From Promethearchaeota archaeon (GTDB taxonomy: Archaea; Asgardarchaeota; Lokiarchaeia; Sigyniarchaeales; SOKP01): a stretch of 64,000 nucleotides of DNA. The notes below the pieces were generated by a model. The model had not been told where the DNA came from and made no database searches. It saw only the letters and a program-made list of their open reading frames with translations. The translations under genes and the position numbers were made by a program. The stretch is taken from positions 64,001-128,000 of the forward strand of contig JAEOTP010000012.1 of NCBI GenBank assembly GCA_016839765.1. Direction: 5' to 3'. This document shows, in pieces, positions 10,166-19,824 of the stretch; positions within the stretch are counted from its first letter, which is position 1, and every line of letters starts with the position of its first letter.

Positions 10166-11050
10166 TTGTTGGTTTTTTTTAATATACTATTTTGTGTTAT
10201 ATATATGAAACAAATTAAAACTTCATCCTTAGAGGATAGGGAATTTGATAGTAAAAATAGCAGGGATTCATACTCTATAATCTTATATTTTGTCTTAAGT
10301 TACATTATTTTTTGGGGGCTTGGTTATTTTTTTAGCCTGATTTTTGGAGCTGTATTATATGAAGATCATAATATTGCAATTAAGATTATTGTGTATATTT
10401 TACTAATACTCCCTGGAGCAGGACCTTTCTTATCAGCATTAATTGTAATAACAATAACAGAAGGAAAAGTGGGCTTAAAGAACTTTTTTAGACACTTGAT
10501 TAAAGTTAAAGTTAAGTTCTATTGGTATTTAATCGTTCTCATTTTTCCTATAATTGCTTATATAATCCCAAAATTATTTCTCTTACTGATGGGAAATACA
10601 ATCCAAGAAGTTTTTGTAGATAATATATCGTGGAATATATCTTGGATCGTTATTTTTGATCTGAGCATTGCGGGTATTCAAGAAGAACCTGGTTGGAGAG
10701 GATATGCTGTTCCAAAATTGAACTTAAAATTAAATCCAATTATAACGAGTTTCATAATTGGCATTTTATGGGCTTTCTGGCATTTCAATTTTTATTGGAG
10801 TGGAGTTAGATCAATGTCAAGCTTTCCTGAGTTTTTATTTTTGGTTATTATTTTATCATTTATTTATACATGGATTTACATAAATACTGAGAGCATACCG
10901 CTAGTAATAATCTTTCATGCAATGCATAACGTATGTGCTGGCATCTTTACAGATTTTCCTGGAACATTCTTTATTGCTTTGGTATATTTATTTTTTGTAA
11001 TTGCTATTCTAATAAAGTTTAGTTTAAAAATGCGGATTAAAACAAAGTAA
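10166..11050 (+). CDS. CPBP family intramembrane glutamic endopeptidase (CAAX protease II/Abi-like)
   Basis: EEPGWRGY, WAFWH and FHAMHN motifs with multiple TM helices. The start is probably ATG at 10205. Confidence 0.92.
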   Translation: MLVFFNILFCVIYMKQIKTSSLEDREFDSKNSRDSYSIILYFVLSYIIFWGLGYFFSLIFGAVLYEDHNIAIKIIVYILLILPGAGPFLSALIVITITEGKVGLKNFFRHLIKVKVKFYWYLIVLIFPIIAYIIPKLFLLLMGNTIQEVFVDNISWNISWIVIFDLSIAGIQEEPGWRGYAVPKLNLKLNPIITSFIIGILWAFWHFNFYWSGVRSMSSFPEFLFLVIILSFIYTWIYINTESIPLVIIFHAMHNVCAGIFTDFPGTFFIALVYLFFVIAILIKFSLKMRIKTK

Positions 11051-11207
11051 TTAAGAAATAAAATTTGAGGCTAGTAAATTAAAAAAGCAATTAGATCATA
11101 CAAAATAATATCATAAAAGATTGGACTCCAATTTATTTTTATTTTCAATTAACGATCTTTTAATTAGGAATAAATTTTGTTAAATTAAAATAGAATTATG
11201 TAAGGAG

Positions 11208-11396
11208 ATGGATACCAAAATGGATGACAATGTAGAGTATTATGAATTTTTAAATTTTGTTCATGAAATTTCTAAAAAGCTAAAATCAATTCAGAAAGAC
11301 TCTACTATTATTATTTTTAGAAATTTTGATCTGTGTCTAGTTAAGAAGGAGTTAGATACAAAAATAGATGAACTAGATCAATTACTTTTAAAATGA
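11208..11396 (+). CDS. Small hypothetical protein
   Basis: 62-aa ORF with AGGAG directly upstream, which is better spaced for the second ATG at 11220. Confidence 0.4.
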   Translation: MDTKMDDNVEYYEFLNFVHEISKKLKSIQKDSTIIIFRNFDLCLVKKELDTKIDELDQLLLK

Positions 11397-11431
11397 CATC
11401 CATCTCCTGTGATAAATTGTATCCTTTTATA

Positions 11432-12031
11432 CTATTCTAATTTTAATTTTTTCGCTATTAGTTCTAAATAAGATTCTCTAATTGAATCGGTTTTGGATAT
11501 TCCAAATTTTTTTAGAAATTCAAAAAGTTTTTCTTTTACAAGAGGTACTTCTTTTTTAGATTCTACGATTACCTCTGCCTCCATGAAATGTTGATTTAGA
11601 ATTGGTAAAAAATCAATTAATACCTCAATTTTTTCGTTTTTAAAATTGAATTCATACAATTCTCGTTCCTTTTTTACTGTAAAAATTTCCCCAAATCCTA
11701 AATTTTCAAATAATTCTTTCATTTTTTCTAAATTCTTTATTTCAACTTCGATTTCTTCACGTGTTTTGGTGGTTTGATCGATTTTTTTTCCTTTATAAGT
11801 AATAAAAGATCGTATTAACGTTGCATTCTCTTTATTATTCTTATTAAATTCAATAGATTTCCTTAATCGAAGGGCTTCATCAGTTTTTTTAAAATCTCTT
11901 AATCTCCTTGGCATGTTGAAATATGTATCCTCATGGTCTAGAGATATTATATATTTTCCATTTAATTTTTTTAAATTTTCTTTTAATGAATCTGGATTTG
12001 AAATTGCTACTTTTATCTCAACTTCAATCAT
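11432..12031 (-). CDS. cyaB: Class IV adenylate cyclase / CYTH domain protein
   Basis: N-terminal EVEIK, DTYF, ALRLR, TYKG, KTREEIEV, VKKERE, FMEAE and SYLEL motifs. Confidence 0.9.
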   Translation of the reverse strand: MIEVEIKVAISNPDSLKENLKKLNGKYIISLDHEDTYFNMPRRLRDFKKTDEALRLRKSIEFNKNNKENATLIRSFITYKGKKIDQTTKTREEIEVEIKNLEKMKELFENLGFGEIFTVKKERELYEFNFKNEKIEVLIDFLPILNQHFMEAEVIVESKKEVPLVKEKLFEFLKKFGISKTDSIRESYLELIAKKLKLE

Positions 12032-12135
12032 AACTTTACCTATTTCTATTGCAATAACAAATATAATTCATTATTTTTTATTAAATATTAATAGAAAATT
12101 ATTGAGTTGAGAGTTTAATATCTATACATGAAAAT

Positions 12136-13083
12136 ATGATTAATGAACTTGCTCAAAATTTTGGATATCATCCTTATATGATTAAAAGATATCTTCAATT
12201 TCTGGGAGAAAACAATACAAAGAAACTGTTAGAAGCAAATGAAAAACCATTAAATCCCTCTATTAGAGTCAATACTCTAAAAATTTCAGTCGCTAGATTA
12301 AAAGAAAGACTCGAAAGTAAAGACTTTAAATTAAGATCTATTGAGCAGGTTCCCTATGGATTTGAAGTTATAGAATCCAAATTAAATTTAGGTTCTACCC
12401 ATGAATATTTGCAAGGATACTATTATTTGCAAAACATTGCTTCTATGTTTCCTGCTTTAATACTTGATCCTAAACCAGGGGATCTGGTTATAGATATGTG
12501 TGCTGCTCCAGGGAGTAAATCTACACATTTAGCCCAGATTATGGAAGATGAAGGAACCTTAATTCTAATTGAAAAAAATAGAAATAGAATTCCCTCCTTA
12601 GAATTAAACCTACGTAGGATGGGAATTTCAAATTCACTAATCTTGAATTTGGATGCCGTAAAATTGCAACAATTAGGAATTAAAGCTGATAAAGTATTAT
12701 TAGATGCTCCTTGTACAGGTGAAGGTCTAATTAGAGAAGATCCAAGTAGAAAAAAAAGTAAGTCAATGAAAGATATAAATAAAATGGCATCAATCCAAAA
12801 AAGGTTGCTGAATGCTGGTTTAAAAACTCTAAATCCTGGTGGAAAACTATTATATAGTACATGCTCAATAGCACCTGAAGAAAATGAATTTGTTATTAAT
12901 GAAGTGCTTCAAAATTTATCTAACTATTCTATTAATAAAATTGGTAATCAATATGGCACTAATGGGCTTACTAAGGTATTTGGCCATTCTTTAAGGAGTG
13001 ATATTAAATTTTCTCAACGTCTTTATCCTCATTTACATAATACTATTGGCTTTTATTTATGCCTAATAAAAAAAGATCACTAA
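12136..13083 (+). CDS. NOL1/NOP2/Sun family RNA m5C methyltransferase
   Basis: RVNTLK, DMCAAPGSKS, LLDAPCTGEG and YSTCSIAPEENE motifs (both catalytic Cys present). Confidence 0.95.
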   Translation: MINELAQNFGYHPYMIKRYLQFLGENNTKKLLEANEKPLNPSIRVNTLKISVARLKERLESKDFKLRSIEQVPYGFEVIESKLNLGSTHEYLQGYYYLQNIASMFPALILDPKPGDLVIDMCAAPGSKSTHLAQIMEDEGTLILIEKNRNRIPSLELNLRRMGISNSLILNLDAVKLQQLGIKADKVLLDAPCTGEGLIREDPSRKKSKSMKDINKMASIQKRLLNAGLKTLNPGGKLLYSTCSIAPEENEFVINEVLQNLSNYSINKIGNQYGTNGLTKVFGHSLRSDIKFSQRLYPHLHNTIGFYLCLIKKDH

Positions 13084-13206
13084 TTCTACAGACAATCCCG
13101 TCAAATAGTCTTTTATTGCAAAACATATCAATATTGCATTGCTAAGACTTTATATTATAATAATGCATAATTATTAATTATAAAAAAATTAGGGTGTAGA
13201 AATATA

Positions 13207-16200
13207 TTGAAATTAAAATCCAAATTTAAGCTTCATTTTATTGTAGTTGTTTTAATTTTAAGTGGACTTCTTTTATTAACAGTACCTTCTTCTAAAAAAG
13301 TAGATAAAAATGATGATAACTCAGAAAAAATTGATATTAAGGCGGAGAAACCTAAATCATCTACTTCTGGAATTGATTTTCTTTATGCAGATAAAGATAT
13401 TATAAAAGGTAATCAAACTGATGGAATTCTATGGGATGAAAATAATATCAGAGAAGTAGATGGAACTTATGATTCAACAGATTTTGCATTAGGCAATTCT
13501 TATAATTTTTTAGAAAAAGAGGTTTCCCCTCTAACAATTCCTATACATACAGGGACTTTTGGAAGCACTGATGGAGGTGATTGGAATTTCACGGATACTT
13601 ATAAAGAGAAAGATTATGAATATATCTACCTTAGAGCAGCGGGAGGAAGTGATTTTCCGGGAATAATTAAATTGAAATGGGGTGAATATAGCGATTTTAG
13701 TAATATTACAGCTAAACAAGTAGATTCCATTTCTCTTCGTTATGAAGTTACGCCCTTTTTATATCCTAGTAATGGTTTAGATCAATCTACAAACTTAAGT
13801 ATTTGGGCTTTTGCTGATGATGGATCAAATCAATATGAAGTAATTGATTTATACCCAACGAATAAGCGGATTTATACAGATTGGTGGAATATTACTCAAG
13901 GATCTGTATTTGATAGAGTAAAAGAGGGAGGTTATATTAAGTATCTACAACTGTCAATGAATTGCAGTGAAGAAATATGGAGTACGGTCATTTTACATTT
14001 CGATTTTGTTCACATCTACTATAACTATCATAAATATGATGTTCAAGTTGATTATACTTTAAATTATGGAAATTACACTCTTAGTGATGTACCAAAATTT
14101 GATTTAAATATACAAATGGATGAAACTGTAATAGGATTAGAGATTAAGTTATACAATTTCGCTAATTTAGAGTGGGATTCAATGGGGACAATAGATGGTA
14201 TTGAATTGATAAAAAAAGAAATCCTCATAAATGGAACACATTATTTTAATGGAACAAAAAGCATTAAACTTAAATTTGTAAAATTTAATTATTTTGATAC
14301 TCGCTCTTGGAGTGAATATCAAATAGAGCCAAACATGATTAAAGTAACACTTTATCCTCCAGAACCGCCCGATAATTTTCGAGCGAAAAACGGTGCTGCA
14401 CATATTTTACTAAATTGGGATTCAGCAATCACAAATGGACCGCCACTTATGAATTATAACATATATCGGGGAGAAGTAGCTGGCGGTCCGAAAACTCTCA
14501 TAACTACAACAATAACTAATCAATATAACGATACTGGAGTTGTAATTGGTACTAGGTATTACTATGTTGTTAGTGCTACAACCATTGTGGGAATAAGTGA
14601 GAATTCTACAGAGGATTCAGGTAGAGCCTATGAACAACCCTTTATAGAATGGATAACTCCGGTAAACAATACACATATAATCCTTCCTAAAGGTGATCCT
14701 ACAACTTTTACTTTTGAATATGATTGGGTTGAAATGGATGACGCAGAACTGGAACTCGATTATGGAACATTTCAAAGAACTTATAATGTGTGGAATAAAA
14801 CTTCAATAGATATTGATGTGCTAAACGATTATGAAGATGGAAGTATAATCGCTACTCTAACTGGCAAAAATCAGAGCATTGTTTTAGACACAGACATCAT
14901 CCAATTAACGTTTGTTAGACTGTTAGATGAAATAATGGATACAGTTAATCAAAGCACAATACCTTTAGGACAACAACTCTATATGGTTCTCCATGATCCT
15001 AATGGTGATAATAGCTATTCTAATTTTTCTGAAACCTCAGTGCTTTCAATAGGGGTTGGTCTTGGGGCATTAACTGTAGTAGGAGAAAATTTTGGAATTG
15101 AATACTTTTATGGATATTGTGGTACTGATACAGGAGCTTCTTTATTATTAGAAAATAAAATGACTGCTGAAACGGGTTTTGATTTTCGATATGAAATAAT
15201 AGACGCTACAAATTTAACATCAAGTCAAGTATATGATGATCCAGATTATATTGGCCCAGGGTATGGAGATAGATATTGGGGTGAAACTTGGATATTAAAA
15301 TGGGTACTCAATGCTACCGAGAAAACTTATTCTAATGGAACTCATCGATGGGAGAACCCCGTTTTATATTATGGAATTATCAGAGGAGTTGAAACATTTG
15401 CAGGTGATTTTGATGCCCCACCAGAATGGAAATCTCAAAATGCCATTTATAATGGCTCAATACCTGTAAATTGGCTTGGAATGTTTATGGAAAGTGGAGG
15501 AGCACCCTATACTTCTACCCATCAAGTTAGTGAAACTCTGACAAGAAAAGACTCATTTGAATTATACTTTGGGTCAGATGCTACATTGAAATTACCTTAT
15601 ATTGCAACAAATGCTACTTTTGAGATGAGCATTAAAAATTACGCAGAAACAGGGGTAGGGAATATCCATGAAGCAAGTTATAAAATCTATGATGATGAAC
15701 CTGATGATTTTATTGTTCACCAACTGGGTATCGATGAAAGATTTGGTACTTATATTTTTAACTCCTCAAGATTTTTCTGTGAAACCTCTCTCCCGCTTGA
15801 GCATAATACTTTCGATTATCGCCCTCCCGATATAGATTATCCTGTAGTAGATCTAGATTCAAATGATGATGGGTATGGACCCACAAACGAGGATTTTCCT
15901 GTCATAACTGTCGATATATTTGAAGAAAATGGAATGCAAGACGTAGTTATTCGGTATTCTATTAATAATGGATCTTTTTGGGATGTTATCTATCTTTCAG
16001 AACTGTCTGGGCAAGTTGGAACATGGCAAGGAACGATCTCAAATCAAACTCTTAATACGACTGTACTATGGTACATTCAAGCATGGGATAATCAAGGTAA
16101 TTATGCAATTCGATATAATTATTCAGTAACACCATTTAAATATACTGTAATTCAAAAACCTGCTGAACCTACTGAGACAGAAACTCCAACAGGAATTCCC

Positions 16201-16293
16201 TACCCGCTCATAACAATAGTACCAATCATGATTGTGTCTGTCATAACAATTACTATAATTTACTATAAAAAGACCAAAAAAAATAAGGAATAA
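13207..16293 (+). CDS. Large membrane-anchored surface glycoprotein with fibronectin type III domain
   Basis: N-terminal basic+hydrophobic signal/anchor. FN3 (PEPPDNF..LLNWD..YNIYRG..YYYVVSATTIVGIS), Pro/Thr linker, C-terminal TM with KKTKKNKE tail, many N-x-S/T sequons. Confidence 0.85.
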   Translation: MKLKSKFKLHFIVVVLILSGLLLLTVPSSKKVDKNDDNSEKIDIKAEKPKSSTSGIDFLYADKDIIKGNQTDGILWDENNIREVDGTYDSTDFALGNSYNFLEKEVSPLTIPIHTGTFGSTDGGDWNFTDTYKEKDYEYIYLRAAGGSDFPGIIKLKWGEYSDFSNITAKQVDSISLRYEVTPFLYPSNGLDQSTNLSIWAFADDGSNQYEVIDLYPTNKRIYTDWWNITQGSVFDRVKEGGYIKYLQLSMNCSEEIWSTVILHFDFVHIYYNYHKYDVQVDYTLNYGNYTLSDVPKFDLNIQMDETVIGLEIKLYNFANLEWDSMGTIDGIELIKKEILINGTHYFNGTKSIKLKFVKFNYFDTRSWSEYQIEPNMIKVTLYPPEPPDNFRAKNGAAHILLNWDSAITNGPPLMNYNIYRGEVAGGPKTLITTTITNQYNDTGVVIGTRYYYVVSATTIVGISENSTEDSGRAYEQPFIEWITPVNNTHIILPKGDPTTFTFEYDWVEMDDAELELDYGTFQRTYNVWNKTSIDIDVLNDYEDGSIIATLTGKNQSIVLDTDIIQLTFVRLLDEIMDTVNQSTIPLGQQLYMVLHDPNGDNSYSNFSETSVLSIGVGLGALTVVGENFGIEYFYGYCGTDTGASLLLENKMTAETGFDFRYEIIDATNLTSSQVYDDPDYIGPGYGDRYWGETWILKWVLNATEKTYSNGTHRWENPVLYYGIIRGVETFAGDFDAPPEWKSQNAIYNGSIPVNWLGMFMESGGAPYTSTHQVSETLTRKDSFELYFGSDATLKLPYIATNATFEMSIKNYAETGVGNIHEASYKIYDDEPDDFIVHQLGIDERFGTYIFNSSRFFCETSLPLEHNTFDYRPPDIDYPVVDLDSNDDGYGPTNEDFPVITVDIFEENGMQDVVIRYSINNGSFWDVIYLSELSGQVGTWQGTISNQTLNTTVLWYIQAWDNQGNYAIRYNYSVTPFKYTVIQKPAEPTETETPTGIPYPLITIVPIMIVSVITITIIYYKKTKKNKE

Positions 16294-16308
16294 ATTACCC
16301 TTTTTTTA

Positions 16309-16890
16309 TTATTGATTTTTTCGTAAATAGTATCCTTTATCAATCAAATTTAAAGCGATTAAATCATCTGATTCAAGATTATAGAAATTATTTCCTTCAA
16401 CTTTTGTAATACCAATTGCTATTATCTCTTTTAGTTCATTTAAAACTACTACTAGGTCATTTATTTTTAATTCCATCGAAATGTTCGATACCATCTTTTT
16501 TAAGATATTATTTCCATAAAGAATTGATTTTTCACCTTGTATATTAACAATTATTTGATTTTTTTCAAGGATGTATTTATTTCTATATAAAAATTCAGCT
16601 CCTTCTAAACTTAAAAAGAAAAACCCTTTCTTTATAAAGCCAAAATAAAGCCCCATTGAATAACTATAAGAAGTTAATTGAAGTAATTGTTTTAAATCCT
16701 TGTTCCTGGGTTTAATTAAATAAATTGGAAGTTGATTACCCTTAATAACTGGAGAATTTAAAAGTATATACAAATCATATAATTTTTCATCCAATATTGA
16801 TATAAATTTAATTGAGATTTGAGAAAGAGAATTTGCAATAATATTTTTTTCATAATTATTAATAGGTCTAAAATTTTTTGAATCATTCAT
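16309..16890 (-). CDS. nip7: NIP7-like ribosome biogenesis protein (pre-PUA + PUA domain)
   Basis: SMGLYFG, FLSLEGA, GEKSILYGNNI, VVVLNE..IIAIG and DKGYYLR match the Nip7 pattern. ATG at 16890 is preferred over the track's TTG at 16938. Confidence 0.85.
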   Translation of the reverse strand: MNDSKNFRPINNYEKNIIANSLSQISIKFISILDEKLYDLYILLNSPVIKGNQLPIYLIKPRNKDLKQLLQLTSYSYSMGLYFGFIKKGFFFLSLEGAEFLYRNKYILEKNQIIVNIQGEKSILYGNNILKKMVSNISMELKINDLVVVLNELKEIIAIGITKVEGNNFYNLESDDLIALNLIDKGYYLRKNQ

Positions 16891-16968
16891 AATTGATTTA
16901 AATGAAAAGAAATAAGTAGATTTATTAATATTAATCAAATAAGATATTAAAAAATAGTGTTAAGAAAG

Positions 16969-17685
16969 ATGGGTATTCGAAAAATAGAAGATGAAATTGA
17001 TCTAAAAGAAGCTATGAAGAAAAAGGCAGCAGAATTAAGGTTGAAAGACATCCAAGCTAAAGCAGCTGCAGAAAAGTTTACAAAAGAAAGATTAAGAGAA
17101 CTGGCTAAAAAACATGGTGTAATATTAGCTCTAACTCCAGAATTGAAGGAGGAAGTAAAATATTTGCAAAAACTATACAAGATTCCCACTTCAAAAATTA
17201 TAATAGAACAAATTACGGAACATGATGTAATTAAGAAATCGTCTAAAATTGACCATGAAAAGTTGGGTATGTTAGCTTATCAAAGAGTTCTTATGCAAAA
17301 AGAAGAAATTGGAGCGGGAGTATTACCAATCTCAGAAGTTTTTGATATTATTAACACTGGAATATTAAAGGGTAATGTTGAGATAAAAGATCTCAAAAAA
17401 GCTTTAAGAATATTAAAGAAGTATAATGTAATTGACGATTTACAGGAGTTAGATTCCGGTACTATGATGATTAGATTCTTTCCAGTTCAATATACAAGTG
17501 ATCAAATAAAAGTTATTGAAGTAGCTAAAGAAAATGGTTTTGTATCTCTTGAAGACGTATGTGTGAATCTAAATTGGCCTCAGGACAGAGCTTTAAAGGC
17601 CTTAAAATCACTTGAGGAAAGTGGAATAGCAAAATTTAGGGAATCCCTATTAAAAGGTAAACAATGGTATTTTCCATCGATGTAA
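16969..17685 (+). CDS. ESCRT-II Vps22/Vps36-like (EAP30 domain) protein
   Basis: N-terminal MGIRKI plus coiled helix, then two winged-helix-like units (GVLPISEVF..DLKKALRIL; DQIKVIEVAKENGFVS..LNWPQDRALKALKSLEESG..WYFPS). Adjacent to Vps25/Vps4. The track start is GTG 16957. Confidence 0.88.
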   Translation: MGIRKIEDEIDLKEAMKKKAAELRLKDIQAKAAAEKFTKERLRELAKKHGVILALTPELKEEVKYLQKLYKIPTSKIIIEQITEHDVIKKSSKIDHEKLGMLAYQRVLMQKEEIGAGVLPISEVFDIINTGILKGNVEIKDLKKALRILKKYNVIDDLQELDSGTMMIRFFPVQYTSDQIKVIEVAKENGFVSLEDVCVNLNWPQDRALKALKSLEESGIAKFRESLLKGKQWYFPSM

Positions 17686-17689
17686 AAAT

Positions 17690-18589
17690 TTATTCTGCTT
17701 TAATTTTAAAAGAAATTTGCCCATCCTCAGATTTTATTATTCTTCCACGTTCATTTTTTTCAAGCATCTTGAAAATTTCAATTAAATCTTCTTTTGGAAG
17801 ATTACTAAAATCCTTATTAGACTCTCTTATTTCAAATATTAAAATTGGCTCTAGGGGTGAAATCTCCATTACCCATTCATAAATTTCCTCTGCCCAGTTA
17901 TCAAGCGTTTTCCAGTATATTCTCAACTTTTCTTTACTTTTGGATAACCAAAGTGCTTGATTTTTCTCAACTAGATCCTCAGCAATAATTTCTAAAGCAG
18001 TATGTCGATCTTCAAACTTAGAAAAAGGTTTTTCTGATTGTAATTTTCTTAAATATAAGATATGAAGTATAGCATATCTTGCATAATCAAAAATAACTTT
18101 TGACCATTCACTTTTCCATGATTCAAAATCTGTATGATTGGTCTTTTTATTGGGAATTGAAAACATGAATACATATCTTTTTTCTTCAAGCCATGGATGA
18201 TCATTTAGTAATAATTCATAGGTGGATACTTCTTTAGCAACAACACCCTTTTCGCCAACTATCTCTTGTTCTATTGCTTCAAGTTCTTTTTCTATTTGTT
18301 CAGAATGTTGTTTGTATGCTTTTGAATCTACATCTCCCAGTTTACTTGTTAAAAAATCCTCAATTCTATCCAAGCGGGTTTCAATATCTTCAGTTATGGC
18401 TTTTTCAGAAGTCTCGTTTTGTGCTCCCTCTTCTTTAATTATTTCATTTTCCTCAACTTCTTGAAGTTTTTTTTGTCTTTTTAGTTCTTTTAATCTTGCT
18501 AATTCTTTCCTTAAATCATCTAATTCTTTTCCTGCTTTCTCTTCAGGTTCTTTAGGGATTTCTTTTGATTTTTCTCCTTGCCGTTCCAT
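17690..18589 (-). CDS. vps25: ESCRT-II Vps25-like protein with N-terminal acidic coiled-coil extension
   Basis: WSKVIFDYAR, PFSK, IYWKTLDNWAEEIYEWV, IFEI, DFSNLP and L(E)KNERG match the Vps25 tandem winged-helix pattern. Confidence 0.88.
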   Translation of the reverse strand: MERQGEKSKEIPKEPEEKAGKELDDLRKELARLKELKRQKKLQEVEENEIIKEEGAQNETSEKAITEDIETRLDRIEDFLTSKLGDVDSKAYKQHSEQIEKELEAIEQEIVGEKGVVAKEVSTYELLLNDHPWLEEKRYVFMFSIPNKKTNHTDFESWKSEWSKVIFDYARYAILHILYLRKLQSEKPFSKFEDRHTALEIIAEDLVEKNQALWLSKSKEKLRIYWKTLDNWAEEIYEWVMEISPLEPILIFEIRESNKDFSNLPKEDLIEIFKMLEKNERGRIIKSEDGQISFKIKAE

Positions 18590-18612
18590 TTTTTATGCAA
18601 CCAACTTTTTTA

Positions 18613-19803
18613 TTAAAATTCTCCGAATTCTTCAGCCCAATCTTGATATCTTTTTAATACAGACCCAGTGGTCATTGGTTTTATTTTTTTAATCGTTTTT
18701 AGAAAATCTTTTAAATTTATATCCCTTACAATGACTTCTTTATCTGGATCTTCCAACAATCCTCCCATATCTAATTCTCGAACAGGAATCATTATTACCT
18801 CTCGACATACATTAGAAATGTCTCGACCTGAATAACCATCAGAACGAACAGCCAATTCAATAAAATCTTCATCCTTTAATGCAGAATTAACACCTGCGGT
18901 ATGAATCTTAAAAATTCCTGCTCTAGCTGGTTGATCTGGAAGGGGAACATATACCTTTTTTTCGAATCTACTTAACATTGCGATATCAATATCCCAAGGT
19001 CGATTTGTAGCTCCGAGTACAAGTAATGGTTTGTCATGAGTTGATTTTACTCCTTGGATTTCTTGTAATAACTGGGTTTTTACTCTTCTCTCTCCCCCTC
19101 CTTCATGACCACTTCCTCTCGTTGTGGTTACAGAATCAATTTCATCCATGAAAATTAAGCTTGGTGCTTTCAGTCGAGCTACTTTGAACAAAGATGATAT
19201 TAACTTCTCACTCTCACCTAACCACTTACTTAATAAATCTGCTGATGAAACACTGAAAAAAGTGGCTTTACATTCAGTCGCTGCTGCCTTAGCTAGCAAA
19301 GTCTTTCCACATCCAGGAGGCCCAAATAGCAATATCCCTGACCATGGTTTCCTAGCACCAGTAAATAATTGTGGTTTCATAATTGGTAACACTATAGCTT
19401 CTCTTACAGCTTGCTTACAATCTTTTAAGCCTGCAATATCTTTCCATTTAACATTTGGTGATTCTGTTAAAATCGTGCCTGAAATGGAATCCATAAGTTC
19501 TTGTTCTTCTGAAGACACAGCACCTTCCTCCCCTCCTTCTCCTTTTGGCTCACTTGGACTTACTGCTGGAGATGATCTTCGTGCTCGTGGACCACTTAAA
19601 TGAGCTTTAAGAGCTTGGGCACGAGTAACATACTGTTCAATTTGATCTTGGCATTTTCTTATCATCATGGGATTTTTATTATATTTGACAAATTGAATAA
19701 GTATTTCAGCTGCCCGTTGATATTTGTTTATAGCTTGTCTATATCTACCTGCTTCATCTAATTTTACAGCGGCATTTGCTTCTTCAACAGCATATTGATA
19801 CAA
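18613..19803 (-). CDS. vps4: Vps4 AAA+ ATPase with N-terminal MIT domain
   Basis: MIT (AVKLDEAGRYRQAINKY..YVTRAQAL), Walker A GPPGCGKT, pore loop SKWLGESEK, Walker B IFMDEID, GATNRPW and C-terminal WAEEFG. The true start is possibly ATC at 19824. Confidence 0.95.
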   Translation of the reverse strand: MYQYAVEEANAAVKLDEAGRYRQAINKYQRAAEILIQFVKYNKNPMMIRKCQDQIEQYVTRAQALKAHLSGPRARRSSPAVSPSEPKGEGGEEGAVSSEEQELMDSISGTILTESPNVKWKDIAGLKDCKQAVREAIVLPIMKPQLFTGARKPWSGILLFGPPGCGKTLLAKAAATECKATFFSVSSADLLSKWLGESEKLISSLFKVARLKAPSLIFMDEIDSVTTTRGSGHEGGGERRVKTQLLQEIQGVKSTHDKPLLVLGATNRPWDIDIAMLSRFEKKVYVPLPDQPARAGIFKIHTAGVNSALKDEDFIELAVRSDGYSGRDISNVCREVIMIPVRELDMGGLLEDPDKEVIVRDINLKDFLKTIKKIKPMTTGSVLKRYQDWAEEFGEF

Positions 19804-19824
19804 TTTGGAGTCTACTGATGAGAT

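Noticed and set aside
10166-11050. CAAX-type protease as a processing enzyme for the Rab-like GTPase
   Set aside because: The GTPase has no CAAX/CC motif, and CPBP proteases are widespread in prokaryotes.
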